Source: Albugo candida (lineage: Eukaryota). Taken from it: a stretch of 64,000 bases of DNA. A program made the position numbers and the translations under genes. How positions within the stretch are numbered: position 1 is the first letter of the stretch; the number at the start of each line of letters is the position of its first letter. A model generated the notes under the pieces. It had not been told where the DNA came from, searched no databases, and saw only the letters and a list, made by a program, of their open reading frames with translations. The stretch is from assembly GCA_040437565.1 (NCBI GenBank), contig JBDOQK010000056.1, forward strand, positions 62,001 through 126,000, written 5' to 3'. This document shows, one piece after another, positions 49,401 to 62,400 of this stretch.

Positions 49401-50884
49401 ACAACCGACTCTGCTGATTTCTACAGACAATTTCTTCAAAGTTCTCGTCTGACCAAAGCTCCAACTCTGTGAAGAAAGCGGATTTCGCCTCGTGAATGAT
49501 CAGAGTCGAACCCTCTACGCTCTGAAGACCTTTGTCAATGTCGCAATATTCGTCGAGAAAACACGCAATGAGCTGCTGGATCGTTAGTGTATCAGCTTCT
49601 TTCTCATTTCCAAAGATTCCGACTTGACTTCCGAGTGTGTGGAGATACTTACGATTACCTTTGACACATAATTGCTCCAGCCATTCCTTCCAAATCATTC
49701 GATCAGCTATTTCCCCAGTCGCCATGCACGCCAATTGTTCCAAATCAGTGCCTTGAAAACACGACTGCCAACTGCATTGCTGAAGCCTCTGAATCGATTC
49801 CAATTGCACACGTTTCCACGCTTTGGATGAGAGTGTTTTACCACTTTGAGAATCCAATGGGAAATGATACAACAAAATTTGCAATTGTCCGACGAGTTGA
49901 TTGTGAAGTTTCAGATCCCGAGAATCACACGATTTTGATAGAGTTTGCACAAGTTGACTCGAATGGAGATGCATCAGTAAATGCTTACGCTTCAACACAC
50001 ACTGAAGAAATCGTCGTGTTGGGATTTGACCCAGCAAATCGACCAGCAGAATAAGAAAGAGATTCATGTAGAGGAATTCGAGACGTTCTTCCTCTTGGTT
50101 GGATGTTTGCAATCGCGAAATCAGCTCATCCAGCAGACGAGTGAAGAATTGTGCGTGGGAACATTCAGGACGATTGACTCGGGTCTGCTTGGATTTTCTT
50201 GGAGTAGAGCTTGAGAGCTTTGATTGTTTGATGGAATTTTCCCAGTGCTTTTTCAACTTTGGACACTGCTGAAATTCCAACTCTCTCTGTGTCTCGGTGA
50301 GGTCATTCCACAGAGAGATTGAGACCATAGGAAGTGCATTCTACGAGTCTTTGGGTGAGATATTTATATCAAAAAGCTCAATGACAGCGTACCTCTGCGA
50401 CGATTTCGACATTGAGATACTGAAAGGAGAGAATGAGAAATTGGACAATGAATACTTCTTCGATCAATGACCAAATTTGAGGTGTTGGAGAGCATTTGAG
50501 CTGCAAAAGATTGGAGAAAAATATCGAGAATTTGCTCTTTTTTTTGTAAACGCCACAAAATGACTCAAAAGCGAAATTCTGAGCCGTACTGTCGTTTTTC
50601 TGCTTTGAAAATTGAGTGATAAAAGAGAGAATCACTGAAATGACCCAACTTTTTGATTTTGAATCTGTTTTGCTGGCTGCAATGCTCTCAAACGCATCAT
50701 CTGACCACAGATATTCTTTGAAATAATTACATGCATTTAGTGCGTCAATAACGCCGTGAAGCTCAGAGATTAAAGCGTTTTGTAAGCATTTATTGTATAG
50801 GCTATCGATTTCTTTCAATAACGCGCTTGGTTTGGCGAATTTTAGCTGCGAAAATAGCGCTTCAAAGTCGATCTGATTCGACAT
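46420..50884 (-). CDS. AQR: Intron-binding RNA helicase Aquarius (intron about 50343-50392)
   Basis: LLGQIPTRRF, KLGLQFL, YVRG, LPAWLYDLFLGY, YTPNQVKAI, GLTLISGPPGTGKT, LKRLILIGD and SRARLGLY motifs. Confidence 0.9.
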
Positions 50885-50971
50885 TGCGTCCTATCGTCTG
50901 ATGATTTCGACGAATCTGACATTTCTACCATTGACGACATATGTGACGGTCGTAATGTGTCAAAAACGCGA

Positions 50972-53900
50972 ATGATGCATGTGCGTGGTCACTCATGGCG
51001 AACACGTCAGCGTTTTCTTCATATAAAAGCCGCTATCCCGCCAATCCAATCAGAAGAGAAAACCTTGTACAGTATTATCGGCGAATACGGAACAGGTAAA
51101 ACCACAAATGCAATAGAACGGACATTACGACTTGCAAATGGAACGTCACGCGATTCCGCTCCACCACGCTCTGTTCTTGCGCTATACGCACTCGGTGATA
51201 AAAAGTCACCGTTTGCTCGGTCTCTGAACGATCAAACCGATTTTTACTCGCTGGAACGCCATGGACACACTGTATCGAATATAGTTTTATTTTGTCGCCA
51301 ACTGCTGCAGGAATTCGGCTTAGACAAAGTATATTATCTACAAATAATATACACATTTTTCATCAGTCTAATTGCTTCCTTTCTAGCGCCTTGTTGACTC
51401 CAATACGCTGTACGCTTTACTGTTGCAAAATTTGGAGCAATTTCCAATGACGCGATTGCATTCGGGACTCACATCATCTCCTTTCACGCTCAAAAGACAA
51501 GTACATGACACAGTATCATTCTTTCAAATGCTGGAATCTGCTGGAATTTTTCCTGAAGAGTACATGAACTATGCGGTAAAAAGCTGTCAGAAAACAGAGC
51601 AACAACATCATTTAGAGCATGCGGAGGGATACAAAATCTATCGACAAATTTTAGAGTCGAAAAATCTCACTTCGTGGTCTGGAATTGTGCTGGATGCATT
51701 GGGCGTTCTGAGATCGTGGAAAGATGTGGGCTTTTCTCACTCTGAGTACTCGGATATCATCATTGACGAAATGGAAGAAATGAATCTGGCAAGCATTAAA
51801 GTTATCGCTGCTCTTATCCAACAGCCAACTATTCGATCCAGCGTGGCTTTTTGTCACGGAAGCTTCGAGAACAAACACCGGAATGACTTGCTATTGGCTC
51901 GGTACGCTACTTTGCATTGGTATTAGGCTGATTTCTCACTTTTTTATCTCAGTCTCGTAGCCAGCTCCGACGTCTCTGTATATCAGCAGATTTTACAGAA
52001 CAACGTACGATCCGAATTTTCACAATATATTGCGACAAATACAATTCGTCTACTCTCAGCAAAGAATGTTCTGAAATCCGATCTCTCGCCTTTGGAGAAA
52101 TTGGAGAATTTCAAATGCCTGGAATTCGACTCACTTGCTGAAGAAGAGCTTTTCGTGGCCCAGAGTATAAAAGACAAACTTTCTGTCTGCAAACCAGCTG
52201 ATATCGCGGTGGCTTGCCCAACTATCTCTGATGTCGCTCGTATGGAGCTCGTCTGCGAAGAAATGAACCTTCCGATCATCAGGAATACGAACAGAAATAG
52301 CGAGAATGGGTACCTATTACTTCAGGTAGCGACTATATATTCATGTCGGGTCTTTTAAAAAATTTTGATTCTGTAGCCTGGCGTGAGTCAAGTCTTCTCG
52401 ATGCTCCAGATTCTCGCTGATCCATCTGATACGCACAGTCTTTACAATGTCCTCCGTTCCGATTACTTTGATCTTTCTCCCGAATTGTTATCACAACTTC
52501 TCGTCGATGCTCACAAAACGCACAAGAGCTTACTCGCTTGGATACGAGAGCATGTGTCCGATCCAGTGACTGGTAGCCTCACAACAGCTCAACCACTTGT
52601 AAAGATTGTGAAGATAATCGATACATTGCAGCCAATTTGTCATCAAAATCCGACAACTGAGATCGTTCATCAGATCGTTCAAGCATTCGGTATCCAAACT
52701 CCTCTTTGATTCATTGAGCGCTCAATGTTCTCTTTAGATTTGTACGAAACCTTAGTCACACCGACGTGCCCAGAGGAGGAAGAAATGGCGATCAGCTTTT
52801 CCGGCTTTCTTCGAGAGATTGAGCTCGCACAAAATTGTGTGCAAAGCCCATTTATTCCATTTGTGGTGCCGTACTTGCGTCATCTCGGCGAAACCCGGCG
52901 GTCGGGCACCAGCGAGCCGGAATCAAACGATCAGTATATTCGTATTTTGCATTTTCCAAAAGCCTCAGTGTCGGAATTACAGGTAATGCTTCTCGTTTCC
53001 CGCATGTGCTCTCAACTCAAACAATTTGTGCAGTCGAAACATTTGTATTTTGTCGGAATGAGTGATCGAAAGTTTCCCGGAAGAATACGTCGTCTTGGAA
53101 TTGAGTTTCCAGCCGATTTGATGGAAGATGTAAAGCATTCGCAAACGCGAAAAGAGTTTCTGGAAGAGCGTCAGTATACAATGTACAATGCATTGTCCAT
53201 GGCCGCAGACTCGATTTCAATATCATTTGCTCAAAATGTCGTTCCTTCCGCAGAGAAAGAAAAGCCCAGTCGGTACGCTAAGAACCGCATACGCTCCACC
53301 ACCTCTCTGACCTCTTGCGAGCAGCATCTTAGAGCCGATCTGGCCATCCAAAGCGTCTCCAGTACCGACTGCACCATCCAGTCCTTCAAGCGCTCCAGCT
53401 CTTGCGATGACATCAAAACCAGTGGAATTCAAGGCGTCCTACCAGCTCGATCACTTGTCATTCTCTCAGATCGCAGAGTATCAACGATGCCCTCATCGAT
53501 ACTTTCTTCATCGAGTGCTCAACCTCTCTACGGATGACAATCCAGCTCTCACGTACGGCCGAGCTTTACATGAAAGTATCGCGGCCTTTGCAGATTATGT
53601 ACGAGAAAATCCATCGACAACAGATTCAGCCCAAAAAGAAGCAGAAAAAAGTGCAGTGGCCGCACTGACTCGCTCGTGGATAAAGGGCTCATTTGTGTCG
53701 GAAACACAAGCAACGCTTCTACTTGAGCAAGCCAACTCCGATTTGAGACTATTCATGAGCCATCATTACACCAATCCAACAGAGATTCTACATGTGGAAG
53801 CTCCCTTCACGTTTCACGTTGTGGAAGCAGACGTCAACTTTCGTGGGATTTGGGATCGGATTGATTGTAATCAGAGGAATGAGACTGTGATAAAGGAATT

Positions 53901-54213
53901 CAAGTCCAATGTCAGTCGAAAAAGTCGAAATGTTGCTCTGATGGCGAAAAAGAGCTTGCAATTACAGTTATATGTCTTTGCATATCAGCGATTCTATGGG
54001 AATCTTCCGTCCGGCATCGAATTATCAATCATTGGAACGAAAGAGCGAGCACATGTGGCCGTCACCCAAGAAGACGAGTATGAGAAGAATATGATAAAGC
54101 TCATCAAAGAGACAGCCGATCAAATTCGAAAGCACGCGTTCCAACCGACTCCCTCGTTTGGAGAGTGTATGATGTGCCCGTACTCGCGACGAATATGTCG
54201 TGCTCGCATCTGA
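50972..54213 (+). CDS. UvrD/PcrA-like SF1 helicase domain fused to an Fe-S PD-(D/E)XK nuclease (AdnAB/AddAB-like), multi-exon
   Basis: IIGEYGTGKTT, IIIDEMEE, DIAVACP, FVGMSDRKFP, EERQYTMYNALSMA and PSR helicase-like motifs. Nuclease motifs LSFSQIAEYQRCP, GRALHE, EAPF, GIWDRID, EFKS, QLQLY and CMMCPYSRRIC. Confidence 0.82.
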
Positions 54214-54471
54214 TGTAAAGGAATCGCTGAACAGCTATGAAATATCACAATGCTTCACCGTTTGATTGTAAATCTTTCTTGGCACTTTATCGTGATTCTG
54301 TGGCACTCACCTTCCGTCTACGTCCTGTGGCAGCCGATCGATTGACATATAATCAAAAGTACAAGCATGTGTATTACTAGAATCGAGATGGACGATCACT
54401 CAGCTTGACTACTCAATGTACCGCTCCAAGAAGGCGGTTCTGGATCTTGTACGCTAGCGTTCCGGTCGACA

Positions 54472-55811
54472 TCATCGCATGTTGGTGTAATCATGCACGT
54501 GCTGATGGACCGGTCTAAATCGTTGTTGATAAGGGGGATAAGGCGGAAGAGATGGCGAAGTTGGCAGGTAGACACATGGAGCATTCATACTCCTGAAATT
54601 GGCCATTCCGCTTGCTTGGGCTTGCGTGCTGTGTGTAGTGGGTAAGGAGGTACCTGTGTGATGCTGCATGACCAAACTTCGTGGGGATTGTGCCAATAAC
54701 GTTTTCATCTCTGGTTCTTGCAAAAGTGTAGATATAAACTCCTCCATCACCAAATGCTCTTGTCTATCGTGCGTTTCATTGATCGACAAGGAAGTAGGCG
54801 GCGACAACGTCTCCGGAAGAATCGATAGACCTTTTGCTAATGTCTCAATCGATTGCAATGATTCCGGCTCATCCTTCACTTTCCAGTAAGAGTCTTGATC
54901 ATTGCTTGCCATCACACTATCTACCGTTGGAAGAAATCTGGCAGTATCGAATCCAAGCGAGGTAGCTGTCCGAAGTAATTTGACATGATCGCTTCGCGTT
55001 CGCTTCCCTTGCTGATGCAGTAAATTGGAGTCACTCCGCCTTCTTTCAAGCACNNNNNNNNNNNNNNNNNNNNNNNNNNNNNNNNNNNNNNNNNNNNNNN
55101 NNNNNNNNNNNNNNNNNNNNNNNNNNNNNNNNNNNNNNNNNNNNNNNNNNNNNAGTCTTGATCATTGCTTGCCATCACACTATCTACCGTTGGAAGAAAT
55201 CTGGCAGTATCGAATCCAAGCGAGGTAGCTGTCCGAAGTAATTTGACATGATCGCTTCGCGTTCGCTTCCCTTGCTGATGCAGTAAATTGGAGTCACTCC
55301 GCCTTCTTTCAAGCACACGAGAGGTGCTGAGAGAACTTAAGCTTTTACTCTTACTGATCTCATCTATGTTAATTCTTCGTGATACTTTGAGCTTGTAACA
55401 ATCAGCGGCCTTCATTCTTTCCAATTGATACTCTTGCAGCTCCGTATGAAGTCGAAGATGCGCCATAACTTCATCGTACCGCGCACTATCGAAAAGTTTA
55501 CTGATTTCCGCGCGACGATTATGCTCATCTTCTTCCACTTTTCTGGCCAAATGCCACTGATCCGCTCCACAACTACAATGCTTTTGATCCGAGCCTCGAT
55601 ATCGGTACGGTAGACTCTCTGCAAGCGCATGAACGGGAAGTGCGCATTCACAACATGGAAACATTTGTCTCGATCGAAATGTTCCAAGCCAATTGGATTT
55701 AAAGCGCGGAAACCAAAATCGATGATCGCGTGTTTTCTCAGGCCCATCACCGGCGTCATTGGAACGATACGCCGGGCCAATTTGACGAACAGCGTGATTT
55801 AGTTCCAGCAT
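54472..55811 (-). CDS. Hypothetical protein with Cys-rich (possible zinc-binding) N-terminal region, split by a gap duplication
   Basis: Two ORFs overlap across the gap (54891-55053 = 55154-55316). Contains CCEC...HCSCG and a P/S/Q-rich tail. Confidence 0.6.
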
Positions 55812-56066
55812 ATTTGTCAAAACAGAAGGATTTTAAGGGATTGCAATGTGACGTTGTGACTAGACGAAAGATGAACTTGAGCAAATTCAAGAAGTGGAAA
55901 AGCCACACCTAATGCTTGTACGACACTAACTATTCGCGCGCATCGCTTTTCAGCAGATACCCTTCTTAAAACAGCTGTCATTGCGTCCGTAGAGCACGCG
56001 AAAACCTGCGTAACATCATATTCACGAAAGTACAGTGACACTATATCTCTGATCGGGAAAAAAGAT

Positions 56067-56127
56067 GCACTCCTTATCGACCGTCTGGATGGATTTGACG
56101 CACTCCTTATCGACCGTCTGGACGCAC
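56067..56127. repeat. Short intergenic tandem duplication, 33-bp period
   Basis: GCACTCCTTATCGACCGTCTGGA occurs twice, 33 bp apart. Confidence 0.8.
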
Positions 56128-56421
56128 AAGTGTCGTATATCGACCTCTTCTACTGAACTCATAGATCGATGATCTGCAAATACTTGTCGTAGCACACTTT
56201 TAACACTCGGATCAGAAAAGATGACACTCCATCTGATCGCATCAAATGACTGGTTTAGAATGGAAGAGGACCTGTCACACATGACACTGTTTCGCGTGCT
56301 TTACGCCTCTCTATTCTGCATCCGATAGAAATGACATGACAGAATAACGCATCATCACTTTATAAGAATTATAGAAAACCTACATGTCCTTTAGCAAATA
56401 CTGTAGTCGCTATTTCACCCT

Positions 56422-59400
56422 TCAGACAATGTCCATAATAAGTGCTACACCTGCCAGCACCCAACGCGCAGAAACAGATTTAGTCTTCATTTGTGCCGAA
56501 AACACGTATGTGGGACCTCGGGACTCAGTCTTGTAGCAAGGGCACAAATACGACCCTTTTGTGTCGAGTTTTTCCGCCGCGATAGCCTTACAATTGATAA
56601 CGGGCATGGGGCAATACATTTCTTTAGGATGCGATTTATCGATTGTGTTGTTCTGTGCGTCCCATCGAGCGCCCATCAACGAGAGACCGTGGATGTATGC
56701 TCCATCACGCGAAGGAGCGTCAATTTCAATGTTTTTTCGCTTCAGCACATCTGTCTGAATCACGAGTTTGTCAAGCTCCCACTGATTTTTTTGAGCTGTT
56801 ACTTGCATGATCGCTGTCAGGAACGACTGGGGATTGATCATACCCGATATCCAAGTCACTCGAGGGATTTCAGACGGATTTTGTGTCCATTCTTCCAATT
56901 GCTGGAGACGCTGTTCGAGATTGACAAGCCAGGATCCTAATGGACGTAACGAAGGGTATGCGAATTTTTCCCAGGATTTCGGGACGCGATCGAGGAAAAG
57001 AGAATCCTGGACTGCTTCCATAGCGTCTGAAATCGTCAGCTCCCCAGCAAAACCGAGTTGTAGCTCGCTAAGCGATCGTGTGATCTCAGCCAGTAACACG
57101 TTCATTGCATCACATTCCTGTAAAAATACATTCTGATACGGCCCCATATCCTCCAAATTTCGTATAATGTCGTCACAATCGAATTTCTTCTCGCCAACTC
57201 GCGAAATGATCATTTCCGCAGCCGTTTTGGCGACCTCTAAAGGACTCATTGTGCTGTCGCCTGAAGCAGCATCGCGAGGCTGCAGCTCCATCAGAGTTTG
57301 GAATAGAGTGTCACTCTGCGTCGTACGAAAGTTGATTTCTGCATTCGGATGCAAACCAAACGCCAGTGGTGAGTCCGTCTTGAGCTCTGTCTCAATGTGC
57401 TCGAGATATTTGTCGTAGGAGGATGGGGAGATCGACATGAATGAAGGCCCTTTTTCATCGACAATGAATGGGAACATCTCCATCTCATCCAAAAGCTCGT
57501 CACGCATGTAGAAATCCAAATACGTATTGGCAAGAAGTCGGTCGAAATCATTCACAATGTGACCTCCATACATAATCTCTCCGAAAATGTACTTGAGATC
57601 CGCCCAGGGGATTTTCCCACCTGCAGAATTGTCCATGTAATTCTGCAGACAAATCGCCGAGTCTCGCAAGTCTCCAAGCGAGAATGGATACATCATATTG
57701 AATCCAAGCGGTCCGTACATTTTCCGTTCCATCAGCACAGCGTGGAAATGGCACAAACCGAAAAGAATCGATTTGATTTTACCTTCCGCTTCTTCGATGT
57801 AATCCTTTGGAAAGCTCACAAATGCACGTTTTAAATTGGCTTTCAGTCCGCTTGGTGGCTCATTCGTAAGTTTGATACAGCGATTAAGGACTCCAATTGG
57901 AATCGCGTTGCTCGGATCCGATGTGAGGAACAGACGGAATGCTTTATGGGATCCTTCCAACGCGAATTCATCGAGCTTTTTCTCTAAAAGGACCAGCCAG
58001 CGAGGCATCAGATGGATATTATTTAAAATGACCCAATGACCACTACGATGAGCGACTTCGAGTCGATCCATTGCGTAGATATCCTGACCTTGGCCCATCG
58101 ATACATTGTGATACGAAACACCGCGCTCAAAGCCGTATTTGACACTCAATTTATCGACTCCTGCGACCACATCGGCTCCAGGCGATAGAATGAAATACAA
58201 CGGTGTCGATGGAGTCGAGTCCGAGTACGCGCTGTCCATGACTTGAATCGAATTAAGAGCTGAATCACAGTCGCAATAATTACTTCCATTCGGAAGCACA
58301 CGACGGATAAACTCACTCATTGCAACTGTCACACGATCGCGTCGAAGACAACGCACAACCAAAAGCTTCAGAAAAGGAGTTCGATCCAGCGTTGCCCAGT
58401 CAAGAGGAAGCTTTTCGGATTCAGGCGTTGGATGATTGTACCATTCACGAAATCGAGAAGAAGCTTCTTTCATATCTTGTGGAAGCTTTGCAAATTCTTC
58501 GAGTTGAGCTAACGCATTGATCCCAATCCATTGCGAAGTCGGTAGCCATTCAATGGGATTTTGGTCTCCTTCAGAATCATTTGCTGAAAACTTTTTTGGA
58601 CCGCGTACGAGGAACTGCATATACGAATCGGGAACACGTACATCATCCCCGAGAATTCCTCTTTGCATGAGATTGAATGTGAGCTGACAGAGGAATATGA
58701 GTTTATGAGCTTCGAAAAGGCCTCGAGAGACCCACGTATATGTGGTTAATCGCAAGGATTCTCGAAGATTGGACACTCTTTCCTGCTGTTTGTCACTGGG
58801 AAGCGCTCGATCAATGGCGTTGTAAAAGAACGTAATGAATGAATCCAACGAGTAGCGATACATATGATCAATGGCGCTCAGTGTTGTAAGGAGAAAGTAG
58901 AGCATGGCTCCCTCTGCAGCCACGGGACGATACCACTCTCTTGTTGTGTTGATGATAATCTCCGTCTCCTGATTCCTCTTCACAGATATGGAGATATCAG
59001 TAGCCTTCTTCTTAGTCTCTTCCAACGACTCGATCAATGGAACATCGCTCAGAATATCGTCAGGAGCATTCGCAAGTCTTTCCAGCAACTGATCTTCCAA
59101 CTCGACCAAATCGATCTTGAATTTCTGAAAGGCGACCACGAGCTCTTGTTTTTGTCGCTCGAGTTCAGGCTGTTCTTTTTTGACAACTTTCTCCAGCAAT
59201 TGATCCTCGAGACCGCTCTCCGTAGCGATAAAGTTGATCAGTGTGCATTGAGCAGCGATTTCTGGCTTGTAGTGTGGATTCGATAGCTTTGTTTGAAGGT
59301 ACATGAAAAAGTTGAGATCGTATTGCACTTCTTCTCCGGCTAACTTCAGGTACAAGCTCGTCGAGGATCCACCCTTTTTGTACACAGCCCGACCGAGCAC

Positions 59401-62400
59401 AGGATCGAGTGTTGGATCGATTTCCTCGCTTATATTCTCAATGATGACCACAGATCCATTTACGATAGCACTTTCCATCTTCCGTAACCACCCGTGCTGA
59501 CTCAATTGCAACACAATCAAATTCCGATCCTTTTCTTTCTCACGAAGCCATTTGATTCCTTGCAGCTGAGGATCAATCACCAGAGGCCATCGCTTGCAAC
59601 TTGTGATAATCGCTCCATTTTCGATCGAAATTCGATCCGCAGGAAGTCCATCACTCATCATTTTCGCATTTTTACCTTCTGTGGTCAATAGAGAGAGTGG
59701 ATCGATACCGTCCGTGATTGGAATCCCTTTGGCTACGAGATCTGGAAACCATTTTTGCTGCCACAATTCCTTCCGCACAGTCTGATCGAATGCGCCGATA
59801 TAGGACACAAATGCCGCTGCCAGCAATGAATTACCAACAACCATCACACCCGAATGCTTGAGCTGCTCAATTTCGATTCCCCAACGCTCATTCTCACTCG
59901 CAAGTCCATTCACAAGCTTTCCAGCCAGCGCTAAACGATTCTCGCACGATTCTTTCATCTGTTCGACTTTGAGTTTTTCTTCCGTGGCTTGACGTAACGT
60001 ATTCTCAAGCACTTCCAATCGCTTTTGCACCTCTGCAACTTGACTCATCGCACGTGCCAATTGGTCTTCGGCCTCCTCTTTCTTCTTCTTAGAAGCTTCC
60101 AGCGAATCCATCAGTGGCTTCACGCGTACATAGATGCGATTAAACGTGTAAATATTGACGACCCACGAGCATAAATTCGCAGCAGCCGATGATTTAGATG
60201 CCATTTTCTCAGCTGTAAACTCTGGATCAGCTACTAACGGCTCAATACGTGCGATATCAGCCTCGGGAATGTCTTCGCCTTTGAATTCTTTAAGTGCATC
60301 CAAGAAAGCCCCAGCATTATTCATCATCTTTTTCGCTCGATCCCATTTATGATTCTTATATTCTTTTTCCACCAGAATCAAGCACGCTTTCGTCACATTA
60401 TCCACACCGGCTGGAGGCTTTGGCAGAGATTTCAGTTCCGTAATTGCTGGTTTCGACAGACAATCTACCGCCGAGGCCGCAGCATCCATCGCAGGCTTGG
60501 CCTGACTCAATTCCTTCTCTGCTTGAGCAGCTAATTCCGCTGCAGCTGCACTCGCCGCTTCCGCTTTCTGCTTCTCTTTATTCGCGTAATCCTGCTGGAC
60601 CTCAGCTGCGGCTTTTTCTCGACCCATTTGCTCTAAAAGCTGATCCGTAGACGCTTGTTTCTCCGCAACTTTAAGCATCGTGTGCTTGAGATCGACCTGT
60701 AATTCTGCCACATCCGCTGCCGTCTTTCGAAGTGTGGAAAGCCCGTCATCCAAACGCGTAATCTGTTTTTGTATCTCTGCTTTTTTCGCTTGCAGGAGAA
60801 TCTCATAAAACGAAATAAGCTCTAAAAACGATTTCGGTGTCACGTAATTGTACCGCCGCTGTGTCTCATAATACTTTTTGCTCATTTCCGTCACAGAGAT
60901 ATGCACATCGGCCATGTGGTTGGCGAGACTGTCCTGTAATCGCGGGGCTTCCGGGTCATTCGCTTGCTCGGGGATGAGGTCGGGAATTTTCTCCAAAAAG
61001 CTCGTTGCGACTCGGACAAGTGCATCACGAGGCCACGGATGAAACCAATCGATTACAGCACAATTGATCAAGCCTGGGAATCGTCTTGCTCGGATTCGAA
61101 ACACTGCTCCAACAGGTGAGAAGCACATAATGATCCGGAAATTGTTTTGTACACGCTCAAGTAAGAATTCCATCAGTGCGTCCAACGTGTCTGGAACACC
61201 ATTCGCCTTTGCTTCATTACGCAGACTACCCAGCACGCCATCCAAATCTTCCTTGGCAAAGAGATCGGGGATCCAGCCGGAAGACAGCATGTCGTTGATA
61301 TACACGAGGAACCGCTCATTCACAATTTGTGAATCGGTCACCAGGAACACTGTGGGGATCCCTTGAACCCCAGCAGCTTTGATCATTTCCTGCAAGCTTT
61401 CTTTAAAGTCTTCGATTCGAACATTCGATGTGATTGCCAATTGTCGTACGTCAAAGCCGCAAATATGAGCTGCGAGCCTCGAAAGCGATTGTTTCCCACT
61501 CCCACCGACTCCAATTAGCATTGCATTTCCACCTGGATTCCCGATAATTCGCACAATTCGCGTGACATGTTCCATGGCGTTGTCAAAAAGCTCTAATTTC
61601 ATCATCGAATACTTGGAATTATAATCTTCCAATTGCTCCATTAACACCTTATTGAGCTGCTTCATAGAGCTCACAGCCGTATAGCTTTTCTCGGAGCCTA
61701 CGGGAGGCGATGCAAAGTCTGTAAAGATATTCACAAAGGGAACTTCCACAGCATCTCCAAACAATACGCTGAGATCGACGTCCCCGGGCAAAAGCTTCTT
61801 CGCAAGCTCGCGAATGTGTCGATGGAATTTCGCAATGTCGTCCTCGTTGATAAGTCGATCACAAAACACTCGAGTGGCTTCATGGACCCACAATGTGGCA
61901 AATGATATCGTTGTTATAAAGTTCTCAGGACGACTTCGAGTGAGTCCTTGAAAGATATTGGAAATCTCGCGCATGTTCCAATTGTACACAAACTTTGTTG
62001 CACTCGGAAGGAATTTCGATACCATTTCTTCATGCAAAAGGATGGAGAGATTCACAAAGACTTCCGAGGCTTCCGTGATGGCCGATGAAAAGGATCCGTA
62101 AGAGCCATTTTCACCGATCAGATGACCACGCAAGATCGAGTTATAAATCGTTCGTAGATCCTCTCGACTCGGCATCAAGCACGAAAAAATTGCGTAATGT
62201 CTTTGAAGTCGTTCGTCGATGAGAAATGACCCGGCAGTTGGATTCATCGCCGAAAGGAATTGTACGTCGACAATCTCTTTCCGAAATCCCAAATCTGTCC
62301 GATCGAAAATCGTTTTATAATCCAAATGCTGTCGTAAAAGCGCCAAGGCATTTTGTGTCCCGTACGTCTCCACAAACGGAAGATTGAGATCATCGATAAA

